The notes beneath the pieces were generated by a model. It did not search any database, was not told the origin of the DNA, and worked only from the letters and a program-made list of their open reading frames with translations. The position numbers were made by a program, and so were the translations under genes. A stretch of DNA of 63,897 nt, counting the filler, from Collodictyon triciliatum (Eukaryota): the NCBI GenBank assembly GCA_043381765.1. It is 10 parts of 10 records of this genome, joined end to end, with 100 filler letters (N's around TTAATTAATTAA, not from the genome) between each part and the next. Parts side by side here need not be neighbours in the genome. Positions count along the whole stretch, not along the records: positions 13,297 to 19,845 come from JBHJMP010004390.1; positions 19,946 to 26,492 come from JBHJMP010004391.1; positions 26,593 to 33,138 come from JBHJMP010004392.1; 7 more parts are not named here. One strand, written 5' to 3'. The stretch's first letter is position 1, and each line of letters begins with the position of its first letter. This document shows positions 13,780 through 27,336 of the stretch, piece after piece.

Positions 13780-16700
13780 ATGAACTCAACAACCGCTGCA
13801 TATGAACAAGAGACTCAGGTACACCTATGTTGTTGATTTGAAATGCTATTCATGGTTTGTCCTTCACCTTGATGTTTGCCCACTTCATAAAACGTATTGA
13901 AGAATAACAGTTACTCCGCCTGATTGTTATGCCCGCATGCTGGTCGATTTCTCTTACCTATCAAACTTTATGTTGAACTACACGCATTTTATTTTTCTAA
14001 CGTACAGGAACAGGCTACACTTGGTTTGAGAATGTATTTTTTCGGTCAAATGAGACGGCATCAAAATTGTATTTCTATGCTTTGTAGATTTTTGCCAACT
14101 TGCAAGAGTCTCTGGGCCGGCTGATGCGTTTGGAGATTCTGCCCTTCAATCCATATCCCAACCTTGCTGGGCAAATATATGAACATCACTTGCGGTATTA
14201 TTTATATATCACTATTATCGATGAAATACACCCCTTTTTATGATGATATGTTGATAAGATTACGCTTATTCGAATATATTTATATCTTACCACATAGCTC
14301 CTCTTTCTCAACAGCTGTCATATCTTTACTAATTCTTTATCCCTTCCCATTTTGCTAGGTTTTGGTCATCAAAGACTCGGAAATTCATCAATCCCTCCAC
14401 TATAGAGTCGCGTGCTTCTGTGAAGTTTCTCCATCATTCGGACATATATGTCGATAGAAATTCAATGTTATTTTACGATTTATTATAGTTTATGATTCGT
14501 GTGCTGATAATTCTCACGCATCCTAGTTCTTTATGTGCATCACTAAGTTTTCTTGAAAACGCACAGAAATATCAAGTTGTTGGAGTCGATTTTATGGTTC
14601 CAAGCAAAGGACTTTTTTGTTGCGGATATTCTCCGATAGTGAGGCAGTTAGACAGCATCAAAATTCATGAAATATTTCGAGATTGTGAAAGGGTTTTCAA
14701 TTTGAGGACTTTCTATCGCTCCTTGGAACGCTCGGTGATTAAATATTCAAATTGTTATTTACAGAGAAAAAATTATTCCAAACCCATAATAATTCCCAAA
14801 AAAAATTATGTCTACATAAATTTAAAAGATAAACAAATAATTATTAAACTTTTCAAGGTCAGCTTCCTAATTTCTTTTTCCTCATTATCAGGAACCAATC
14901 AAAATAAACTCTATCAAATCATTGCAAGTCCCGACAATATTAACCGGCTCAGTATACGATAAGTTGATGAGCCTAAATGTTCACGAAAGCTTGATTGTAA
15001 TTGCATATTTATCAGGGACATTTTCATATTGTGTGACTTAAACAATTCTATAAAAGAAAAGTAATGTACTGCACACAATTCATCATCGCAGATAGAGACA
15101 CACACAATCGACGAGGCAATATGCATCTTTGCACGGATTATCTACCAGGATGCAACGAAATACACGTCAAAGAAAGACACTATCTTTGGTGCAATTTTTT
15201 TCTCATCTTGAATATTACTCGGTCCTTCTAATATTAATCTTTTTAAACGATAGATGTCAATTTCGTTAAAGTGAAGTATGCAACAGTTCTGGAGAAAGTA
15301 CGAAGTAATATATGTTCCTTTACTTTATTTTCAATACAAAATTGCAAATTAACTAGGAAAAAATGCCTGCTATGAGTGTTCAATACATGAAGGACAACGA
15401 AGATGAATTCAATAGGTTTTGAATCATTTCAATACTCATGAAGGATATCGTTTATTTTACATAATACTTTTATCATTAACAATTTTACCTCTCTGGAAGA
15501 TTGGTTAACGAAATTGTGCTAGAGAAAGGAGAAATATGGTTGTCGGTTTGTATAATCGAACCATTTTGTCAAATTACTGTATTCTTTCAACCTTTCTGTT
15601 CCAATACGTTATTGGATTTAATAATCATGTTAATGGGCGAGTACCCTATTCCTTAACTATGCGTTCCTTATTTCCTCTATTATTTGAAGGGTAATTTACA
15701 TCTGAGTATATGTGAAAATCCAGAGTTTACAGGGATAATCAAGAAATATACTTTGCATTGGAAGCCATTAAGTGGAGAGTAAGCTTGAGTATATATTCAC
15801 TAGAAGTTTGAGAATCAAATACTGAAAACTATATATATCAAATACTAGTATGTACTGAAATAGTTTGTCTGCCTAGACTTGACTCCTTTCAATAATTTTT
15901 ATTATCAATCTGTTATCATTTTCCAAAAAAAAAAAAGGCTTGTCCAAAATTTTTGCTTCATGCCTTACCAACACATTTTTGAGGGAGTTTTTTATTCGAA
16001 AGTCGATCTAGAAGCTTATTTAAATTTGTTCAATGAAGCCTTCAACGCTTCCAATGCCACGGTTATGACGTAGGATGTTTATTTATGCATATGTGAAATT
16101 TAGTCATGTGAGTAGCTTGGTAAAAAAAAATTCTCGCTGTTGAATGTAATTTGCAATAGAAACTACTATCTCAAGTTTTCAGGAACACAACTGGCCAAAG
16201 GCAACACCTACCAAGCCCTAAACGGCTTGTTATATGCGAGTATTTTTTCTACCTATTTTTTATTTGTTTTTTGTTTTTTATTGCCTCTGCATTATCTGGT
16301 GTTTATTTTAATTTGCCACAATTAGGCATTTTTCAGAGCAACGGCGATTTAATGCAATCCATATCGAGGATTTTGAATAAGCCACTGCAAAACATTTTCA
16401 GTTTGATGTTAGATGTAAATATTTTTCGTGTTTTCTATGTTTCCAATAATACCTAGTTTCTTTGTCATTTAGATAGATAATATCTGATTCTGAATCTTGA
16501 ATTTAGCTGGTGCTTCTTCGAACTTCATTTGAATATTCATATGTATGTATATCCCCGATATCATAATCGATCGAAAATACTGCATCGAGAGTTTCTCTCC
16601 GTCTTTTCCAATTACACCCACGTTTGTGAAGTTGAAATTGACTTTACAGGAAGCCGATTTAACTCAAAAGGAATGGCTCATGCAAATTCAACGGAAGATC

Positions 16701-19316
16701 ATGCTCATTATGCATATTCCCATAAGGTCTGATGAAAACTGAATTCTATGATAATATAGTGATTGCGATAAAATGTTAATAAAAGGTGATGGTTAAATTG
16801 GTTCCATGTTGCCCTAGCGACGATATGTGGATATTACACAATGTACTTTTACACTTTGTAAATGCACTGCTCGATACGCTCGACCAGAAGTTGTCAAGTT
16901 CACTCGAAAATGTAAACTTAATAGTTTTGTCCCTTACCATAGTCTCGTGGAGAAAGATTCTAATAAAAAAAAACTCGATGAAATAGATGTCAGATTACCT
17001 TCACAGTCAAATCAGACTTCAAGATATTATCTATTCAATTGCATCTCATGCATTAAGATACTATGTTAATGGAAGCATCGGACACCTACCCGGGTTTAAG
17101 GTAGTAAAATATCAATACATATTGTTTATTCTCTTCAGGAATTGTATAAAGACAAATTTATGCAACTCATATTTCGAATTTGTGAAAGAAAATAATCGAT
17201 GGCCTCTATGCTGCTTATGGAAAACCAAAGCGAAATTTTGATAAAGTTGCGCCATTAGGTTTATTTCTTTCACCTCTAATTTTTTTTCGTAATCAGATTG
17301 ACTTATTTTCAAAAAAAAAACCTCGATTACTGATATTTGTATTTTAAGTATTATAATTTCAATTTATATTCAATATGGGAAGTCATCTCTGTGGAAAAGG
17401 AAACAATTAAGAATGTCCGCTTTCAGCGGCAAATCCCAAAACTTGCAAGGGAGAGTGTTTACATGCAATACGCGGTTGAATCTGAAATCGATCTTGCGCT
17501 TCAGACTAGTATGTGTCTTTAACTATTGAAACATGTCAATCCCATGAAATCATTTATTAGTGATTCCTTTTTAATGTTTTTCTGAAAATTCTGGTATTTA
17601 TGTTTTTCTAGTTACGAGAGAATTTGCCATCCAGCAGTACAGAAGGGATCATTTTCTTTTTCTGTCTATTTATCTAAAGTCTTTTGCGGTGAAGTACGAC
17701 ATCTTTGATCATTTCAACCGTTTCGAATTCAAAAAGTTCATTTGTTCGGTTTTTATTCGGTTTTTATTCTTAAATAAAACGATAATACCAGGTTTGATTG
17801 CTGTAAAGAAGGTGAAGATGTTGCGGTTATTAGGATAATGAATGATATTCAAGGGTTTTCCATCATTGGCGATTTTGTAACCATCGCAGGTAGACTAATT
17901 GATATTGCGGTGTATCAGAGAAAATTAATACGGGAATACTTTCTCTAGCCTGTAATTTTAAATTTAAATCCAGATACTTTTTTAAATTTTGTAATTAATT
18001 TGTTTCATTCATGCGTCTGTTATTCAATTATATCATAGCTGCTGGTTTCCCAAAAGGTTTCATCCTTGGCAATCCCTCGTCTCTAATTTTCGCCTCGCCG
18101 ACTGACTTGATTCCGGTTCATGAGTTTGTTGAATCCCTTTCGTCAAGAAACGTCCTAAATGAAATCAACATTCAGGGTGAAAAGGTATAAGTTTGCTTTG
18201 TATGAAAATTCCAGCACGGTTATTATCTTTGAAAGTAGATGCGTGATGTAGGTGAAAGTTTCCATTGCCCTTTGTGGGCCTTGCATCTACTGGGGGTCTC
18301 TTATTCACAACTTTACCACTATCGAATTTGAGGACCTTACCGTAATTGAGGTTTTATATTTACATTATTATTCTCATTATCAGTCTAATATCTGGTTGTT
18401 ATTTGGTTTTTGTTTTGGTATGTTTTAGCATAACCATAGAAAATAGAACATAAGCGTCGAAAATTTTCTGCGGTTTTGCCAAGAGTTCCTGGAGAAGAAT
18501 TTTTGCACTACCTCAAAGGATGAGAATATAGTATTTAAATGTATGTACTGGTATTTCTTGTTACAAATCGGCCTCATAAAGAAAAAAAGCCCTTATTAAG
18601 GTTGCATATGTCCAAATTTTATTTATTCATCAAAGATTTAATGTTAATATATGAATTCCATTTCTTCAAAAGGTATTCTGGTAGGGAAGAGAACACTTGA
18701 CCTCAAAAATTTAACTCAGGTAGTGTCTTTCTTCTCCTTTCTATCAGCTCATTCTCTTCCGATTGCATTTGTGTTGAGGCTTTTTTTTTTTTTTTGGCAC
18801 ACCTGAAACATTGGTGTATAAAGAGGCCCCAACTCATGAAATTTACAGATGACACCGGGAGACTGGCTTCAACTTGTGCAGGATATTGTAAATTCAGACC
18901 AAGAAATTCAGTATAATGTATGTTTGAAATAGAAATGGGTTACATATTGCCCGACTTTAGAATCTTGCAATTAGAAATCTTACACAATCGAACTATGAAT
19001 GCGGTTTAGTTTTATTCATCGTCCCCTGCTGGTTGTCGCTTAATCAAGAAAAATTTATATATCGTGTGTAAAACGGGCTCAGAGTTGCAGTTCATTGGAA
19101 ATATTTCCAGAATTCAGTCCCAGTATCACAAATCGCAGGCAGGCTTTAATTTTGGATGATGCAATTAAATGAAATACGAGTGGAGAATCGCAACATTAAT
19201 GGTAATTTAAAATATATAAACAGAGGATTTATGGAAGCAAAGATGACGGACAGAATTTCTCCAGGCTACTCGACCATCCTTTAACACCCACAAAAGATGA
19301 AGATGTCCTATCAAGG
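13780..19316 (+). CDS. Large multi-exon hypothetical protein, unrecognised
   Basis: Many short open exons bounded by GT-AG on the + strand (e.g. IFANLQESLGRLMRLEILPFNPYP; KYQVVGVDFMVPSKGLFCCGYSP); boundaries approximate, may be more than one gene. Confidence 0.45.
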
Positions 19317-19415
19317 TAACTACAACTATTAATCTTATAGAGAGCCACAACGTGAAAGATGCGAAGTAATGGCATTCATTTGTCATTTTTTAAAAAAAAT
19401 TATTGGTTTCTTACC

Positions 19416-19476
19416 TTTAAAAATGAGATTTTTTTATTCTTCCTTTCAATTTTGTGCAGACATTTAAAAATGAGAT
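19416..19476 (-). mobile_element. Retro-insertion family B, 14-bp TSD
   Basis: TTTAAAAATGAGAT at 19416-19429 and 19463-19476; minus-strand insert ends ATTGAAAGGAAGAATAAAAAA. Confidence 0.6.
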
Positions 19477-19949
19477 ACCATTTATAATCGTGGAATTTAA
19501 CGTAAAATTAACAGAATCATTAAAAACATCGGAGAATCTGCTTATGTAAGCTACTTATTGGGACGTAGCCAGACTTAAATTCATATAACGATTTTTGGTT
19601 TTTTCTCTTTCTTTTTTTTCTCTTTCTTTTTTTTCTCTTTCTTTTTTTTCTCTTTCTTTTTTTTTCTCTTTCTTTTTTTTTCTCTTTCTTTTTTTTTCTC
19701 TTTCTTTTTTTTTCTCTTTCTTTTTTTTTCTCTTTCTTTTTTTCTCTTTCTTTTTTTCTCTTTCTTTTTTTTCTCTTTCTTTTTTTTCTCTTTCTTTTTT
19801 TTCTCTTTCTTTTTTTTCTCTTTCTTTTTTTTTCTCTTTCTTTTTNNNNNNNNNNNNNNNNNNNNNNNNNNNNNNNNNNNNNNNNNNNNTTAATTAATTA
19901 ANNNNNNNNNNNNNNNNNNNNNNNNNNNNNNNNNNNNNNNNNNNNTTAC

Positions 19950-19988
<39 letters not shown>

Positions 19989-19994
19989 TATTAC

Positions 19995-20067
<73 letters not shown>

Positions 20068-20251
20068 ATAAATTGATATTAAACTTACCAAAAATTTAAT
20101 AATGCTATTTCTATTTTCTAGACGAGCTATTTTCATGAACAATTTGACGAAATATGACGGGCTGCGACGACGAGGTATCGAAGAGGTGGCTACTATCTAA
20201 AAAAGTATGACTCGGCTTTAGGAAAATCGATACCGCAACACAAAAACTCAT

Positions 20252-23200
20252 TCAATCTAAAGCCTTTACATCTGCAACTCCTGAGCTTACTGGAGAGATG
20301 GTTGCCGGATTTTCCAAATATTTTTTCTGTATATTAAAGTTAGTGTTCTGTATATATTACACAATTCTTGGCAATACCTTTTTGTCTTTCGTGTAAACAG
20401 CCCATTCTTCACAGAAGCTGTTGCAGATTATTGTAATAGGGAAGGCCATAGTCTATTTTAACAAATTTATCAAATTTATATATGCCGCCCGTTAAAATAA
20501 TTCAAAATTATGTGATACTGCATCATCTAGAGACCAAATTTACCAATATTCCCACGACAACTGTCATAGAAGCAATTAGTTTTCCAATCCATGTTTTTGG
20601 GATATAATCACCTACTCCGTTTTTAAAATGATATCAAATTCTTCTACTTGATTTTAATATATGCAAAATAAAATCTGATTAAAGTAGACTCACCGTATCC
20701 AACTGTACAAATTGTAACAATAGACCACCAAAAAGTTTCAGGAACGTTTTGAAATGAGCTCCTGGTCATTTTGACAAGTAATTTTGTTATTATATTGATA
20801 AAAGTCAAATTCAATTAATTTTCATTCATTTTGAAAATCTGAAAACGAAACAAACCGCCTTCCATTTAAATACCATCCTTTACTATCCACATAGATTCCT
20901 CTTTCAGCAAAAAACATCAAAGAAGATGAAAATATCACTTCAATTACTATTACAAATAGTAGTAGAAGCAAAACGTCGACATTACTCTTGACCGACTTCG
21001 TAGTAAACTATGAGAAATGAATAACATGATTGTATTTCAGTTTTTAAATATTGATTAAAATTCTTTGAAATATCAATATATACATTGAGTATTTGGTGAA
21101 TTCTAGAGTTCTTGAAAATCTTGAGGATTCGAACTAGTCTTAGAACTCTAAGTATGGTTAGGTTTGGCGCTTCCTTGAAAATAATATATTCTCAGTAACC
21201 CAGCAAATTGTTTTAAAAAAATAAACACAATTTAAAAAAAATTGATTTTTATCCATTGAACTGTCTTACAATCCCTGACAGCAACTCGATGTAAAACGGA
21301 ACCAAAGATAATAAGTCGATTATTGAGGCGAATTCTATAAACATACACGAGATTAAAATATTTCAAAAAACAGATGAAATCATACTGAACTATGAAGAAA
21401 GTTATTATGACAGGCATTCATAGCTAAGGCTGTTGTCAATAATAAAAAAAGCTATGTTTGTAATTACTCAATAAAGAAGCAAGAATTTTTGGCGAAAACA
21501 ATACTAGGGCTACAAACTCGACGGAAAATAGAGAAACAAAGATTGTGTTTATCAACCACCTTTTCATACAGGAAATAATTTAGAATAAAATTAAAAATCA
21601 CGCCGAAGCATTTATCCTTTATTTTATTTTAATAAATCAAATCAAAGCTGAAATTATGTTTAGCCAATCACCAGACACTGCCTCTACTTCCTTCGATTGC
21701 ATTCAAGCTTTCGTATGACACCGTAAATATTGATGATATGATCAAGAGCGTATAAAACTTTTGGATATTTGCTGCCTTTGGGTTATCAACTTAATTCAAA
21801 CGTGTTGAATTTTTCTTACTCAATAATACTGCAAATCAAGATAAACATACCAGAGAAGAGAAATTCGGATCTTTAAAGGTGTAATGAATTTTTCTTGGGT
21901 GGTAGCACGGTAATTTTCTAACTTTATCTTTCTTGAAATGAAGATTATGTTAGCATATGTGTGGTGTAATTATTATCAATATTAATTATCAATGTTGGAT
22001 TTCATAGTTGAATATCTAATTATTTATACTTCTTCCTTGATATTGCGCAATTGTCTCTTTTTCAATCGAATTTTTTCAAGAATTTTCGACTTTGGCTTTT
22101 TTGACCATTCTTTCGAAAAATTGTTGCCTAAATTTCAAATCAGCTTTATTAAAAAGTTACAAAGATCAAGCTTATTTTCTGGTTCGAAAAAAATCATCAA
22201 AACATGTGACTGAAACATAGGTATCAAGTAATATATATATTTGATTATACCTAATACTGCCACTGGAAAAGCTAAAATCTGTACATGGCCAAATTAATTT
22301 TTAAAATAATAACGTCATTCATATATATAATATGGAAATTTACAACAGTATTTTTGAAAACTTGGCGAATTAATACCGCTAATCCAAATATTGAAGTGAT
22401 AGATCCCCAGATTTTTCCTTGAGAAGTTTTGGGCGTCATGTCACCTTTCATATTATCGTATCATGCTTAGTTTTTTTAAAAAAAAATCGAATATACTGTA
22501 ATATATAACCATTCTTCTTTCATAACATTATTCAATTTACCGTAACCCAATGTTGACATTGTTTGAATACACCACCAAAAAGTAGATACCACTGAATTAA
22601 ATTTGCTACAATTACGTTTTAAATCAAAATAATGTCTTTATGTCACATTAAATAATGGTCATTAATTTGACTTTGGTTGCTGTAAAAAAAAATCATATTG
22701 CTGTCGTTATTCTTGTCACCTCTCCTCACAAATTCCGTTTTGATACTGAATGCAAAATTTTCCATCGTCAAACTCTCCTCTTTCGATGTAATACATTATG
22801 GATGATGCCAAAACAAGGAATACAGGTAGTATCAGCAACAGTAATTTAAATTCGCTTTTCGAATTTTTGACGGTCTTGAATACAACCTGAGCACGAAAAT
22901 AATCAATTTGTATCATGATCTTTGACATAAAATTTTAGATAACTGAATAAAATCGAACATTTATACTTTTCAGCTACATATGTAAACCTGAAAATCTTTA
23001 GAATACTTCCCTAGTCGTAGGACACGGAATATGCGTATTAATCTGAAAACTCTTAATAAAATAAGGCCGCTTGTGTTCTATGGTAAATAAATAATTAAAT
23101 AAAAATTTGGAAAAGCATACGGTAGATATTTTTTAAAATAATTCAACTTTAGAGGAAATCATGTCCATAAAGTAAGGAAGTATCGTCAGAAAATCAACTA

Positions 23201-25976
23201 TATTGAAGCCATCTATTGAAAAAATGCTTTAAGAACTTACTCATTTCAAGATACTAAATAACTGATATACTTTGCCCCTTACCTTTCATAAACTTTATTT
23301 TGTCATCAGTAGTCAAAAAGCGACCGACAATATCCAATATAAAAACAGAAATTACTGCTGTGTTCATAAAAAACCTACAGTGACACTAAATTAATGTGCT
23401 TTTCTAAAATTTGGCGAGCTTTGTATATGATTTGATGTCGGTTTATTTTTTCTTTTCAAATTATTTCAGAAAGTTATTATGACTTACATCAATCTTTTAT
23501 TTTTCTCATTAAACGGCTCCACTGTGCTCATTAAAAATAGGATTATTGAAAATGAAACGGTCAAGAACATGAAAGAGCTGATCAGTAGAGCCTTATTTTA
23601 ATTGGTGTTAGCGTTTAAAAATTAATGATATTAGCCCATTTTATGTTGTACCTTCTATTTAAAAACTCAAAATAGGAATAATTCTAACACTTAAGTTACT
23701 TTTTTGGAAGAATTTGGATTTGTCAGCATTTGGTTAACTTGACATTTCCATCCTATGACCTAGTATGGATAAAAAAAAATAATTTTAACTAACTCTGCTG
23801 CATTTATGATAGCCCAAGGAGGCAAATTTTGGACCTGTTGGCCTCTTTCATCCTCGGTGGATTCTTGGTCCTCGATTTCATTCTATTATTTAAAAGGTAA
23901 GGATTAAAAGAGTAATTTTCGTATCTTTTCTTAACTCTTTGGATTATCATTAAAATTTTAAACCTCATCGTTTTGCAGCTTTTCCCATTCTGAAGCAAAA
24001 TTCGAGCTGATTATAGTAATTGTAAATCCGACCCCCTTACCCAAATATAAGTTAACATTATGCTTATTTACATGGAAAATGCATGAAAAAGCACATTATT
24101 TTCATTTTTCACTTATTATGTGATTATAAATCTTACTATGGTGCCAAAAAATATTGCTATTGAGACAAATATCTTTCCAAGCGTGGTTGCAGGGATTATG
24201 TCACCTTCAATTGAATTAATTCTCAACACAAAACGTATGATAAAAGAAAATGGGACAATTGCACCATACCGTATCCAACTGTTGTCATGGTAATGATAAT
24301 TAACCACATCGAATCTTGTATACTCTGAATGGAACTAAGAGGATCAAAAAATTATCGATGAACTTTGAGTAAATCGATCATGTATAAAAGGTAAATTTGC
24401 TAGAATAACCTTGGTTTTCCGTCTTGTATCCACATTTTCATAATATCAGACCATTCTCCTCTTTCCGCATAATAAACGATTGTCGAAAAGGTGACAATAA
24501 CATACACCAGAATCGTGAGAGCTGATAGCAGTATGTTTCGACTCTGATAAAATGTCTGAATGACAACCTGAAGTTGTGAAAGGCATTTAATACAAAATTT
24601 CATAGTGATGTATGAAATCTTGTTCCAAAACGTGAACATATATAATATGTATCTTACAATTATGCTGGATGAGTATCTTCCCAGGCGAAATACTCTGAAA
24701 ATTCTGATGAGCCGAATGACTCTGATAGCTTTAAGTCCTGATAATTTCTAAGACAAAATAAATAAATGTATAAATTTTTCATAGAGAATCACAACATCAT
24801 ATACTTAATTCAAATCACTCAGTGGAATACTTAGACTTGATTCATGTCTTAAAACGTGCAATAGGAACAGTTCATTTATTCCAAATATATAGTAACTATG
24901 TATGTTTCAACTGCTTTGTAATACTGGCCTTACCACGGGTATAACCAATCCTATATAGAACGGAATTATGGAGACAATATCTATAAACGTGAAAGGATCT
25001 GCGGTTTTGAAGATAAAAATCACATTTTAGTTTGGTCACAGAGAATTTAGTTTTATTCTTTATACTTTATATGATCTTTCATTCTAATAGCACGCCAGTA
25101 TGTAAAAATTAAATTTGATGAAAAAAACAATTCAAGCCTTTTAGAAACTCTTTCATATCTCCACAGGTTGTCAATTTTCCCACAAAGTCTATGGAAAAAA
25201 CAACAGATATCACAATCTCTATTATGGACCTAACAAAAAAAAAAGGAAAGTGACAAACCCAAATGAGACAAAAAATAGTGAACAATCCACGATTTATTTT
25301 GATGATAAGGACTCTAATTTTTGACACTTAGAAGTAAATCATACCACGGTGGACCTGGATTGTCGCTGTAAAAGGACGGAAGGGTCTGGACACAGAAAAC
25401 AACGATGGACATAAGAATCAATGTCATCATAACAAAGCTCCACATCCAAGCCTATAAAAAAGAATATTGCTCATTTACATATGGTGTAAATTTTATTTAT
25501 TTTTAAAAAAAATTAGAGGTGAACAAATAAAACGGATGGATAGATATTTACTCGAAACAAAACAAGCTAAAATTCACATGTTGATTTTAATCAAAATTAA
25601 CTGTATTTACTTGTTTGGATGAAGAGGGTTCTGTTAGAAATATGTATATTTTTCCTCTCATATTTGGCGGTTCATCTATGCTTCTCTTTGTTTCGTATCC
25701 AACTTCTTTAGATTGGAAATCTTCGAGTCTCTGGATCCTTCTGGTTGTTTCTGTGTCGAATCCTACAAGTATATCATGTTTTGATTTATTCTCGGATATT
25801 TTATACGAAAATTAATGAATTTGATAAAAGCAAACGAAATGATTTGATTTTTCATGTGTTGTTCGCCTTCTGTATTAAATTTTATGCATGAATAATAGGA
25901 TGTAAATGGCAGGAAAATAAAAAATAACACAACATTATTGATAGTACATACCAGGGTCTTCTTCTATTTCTTCCAT
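20252..25976 (-). CDS. Voltage-gated K+ channel-like protein with three tandem 6TM domains
   Basis: Three S4 helices (KAIRVIRLIRIFRVFRL; LRVFRLIRIFRVLRL; LRVLRLVRILKIFK) and three pore signatures (TMTTVGYGD, TMSTLGYGD, TICTVGYGD); ATG at 25976, TGA at 20252. Confidence 0.85.
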
Positions 25977-26592
25977 ATGACTTTTGGCCAAGTATTAATA
26001 CTATCGCCTAAGATTGCTACAAAAAGCTTTCTGATAAAACTGTGAGTGAAGAGGAATATTTTCTTTCTTTTTTTTTTTGGTTTTGAGTTACTAACCCCCA
26101 GCAAAATGACCATTTTTTTCAAGAATGAAGAGAAGGGATAGAAAAGAAAAGAAAAGAAAAGAAAATAAACGAAATGAAAAGAAATGAAAAGAAATGAAAA
26201 GAAAATAAAGGAAAGGAAATGAAAAGAAATGAAATGAAAAGAAATGAAAGGAAAGGAAATGAAATGAAATGAAATGAAAAGAAATGAAATGAAAAGAAAT
26301 GAAATGAAAAGAAATGAAAAGAAATGAAAAGAAATGAAATGAAATGAAAAGAAATGAAAAGAAATGAAAAGAAATGAAAAGAAATGAAAAGAAATGAAAA
26401 GAAATGAAAATGAAAAGAAAAGAAATGAAAAAAATTAAAAAAATGAAAATGAAATGAAATGAAAATGAAAAGAAATGAAAAAATGAAAGAAANNNNNNNN
26501 NNNNNNNNNNNNNNNNNNNNNNNNNNNNNNNNNNNNTTAATTAATTAANNNNNNNNNNNNNNNNNNNNNNNNNNNNNNNNNNNNNNNNNNNN

Positions 26593-27336
26593 AATCCCAA
26601 TCCCAATCCCAATCCCAATCCCAATCCCAATCCCAATCCCAATCCCAATCCCAATCCCAATCCCAATCCCAATCTCAATCTCAATCCCAATCTCAGTCTC
26701 TGTCTCTGTCACATTCTCAGTCTCAACCTCATTCTCAATCTCAATCTCAATCTCAATCTCAATCTCAATCCCAATCTCAGTCTCAGTCTCAGTCTCAATC
26801 TCAATCTCAGTCTCAATCTCAGTCTCAGTCTCAGTCTCAATCTCAATCCCAATCCCAATCTCAGTCTCAGTCTCAATCTCAGTCTCAATCTCAATCCCAA
26901 TCTCAGTCTCTGTCCCAATCTCAATCTCAGTCTCAGTCTCAGTCTCAGTCTCAGTCTCAGTCTCATTCTCAGTCTCAGTCTCAATCTCAATCTCAATCTC
27001 AATCTCAATCTCAATCCCAGTCCCAATCCCAATCCCAATCTCAGTCTCTGTCTCTGTCACATTCTCAGTCTCAGCCTCATTCTCAATCTCAATCTCAATC
27101 TCAATCCCAATCTCAGTCTCAGTCTCAGTCTCAATCTCAGTCTCAATCTCAGTCTCAATCTCAATCTCAATCTCAGTCTCAGTCTCAATCTCAATCCCAA
27201 TCCCAATCTCAGTCTCAGTCTCAATCTCCGTCTCAATCTCAGTCTCAGTCTCAGTCTCAGTCTCAGTCTCAGTCTCAGTCTCAGTCTCAGTCTCAGTCTC
27301 AGTCTCAGTCTCAGTCTCAGTCTCAGTCTCAGTCTC
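26593..27336 (+). repeat. Degenerate hexamer array (TCTCAG/TCTCAA/TCCCAA) encoding (SQ)n
   Basis: Directly visible; in frame with the downstream ORF. Confidence 0.85.
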
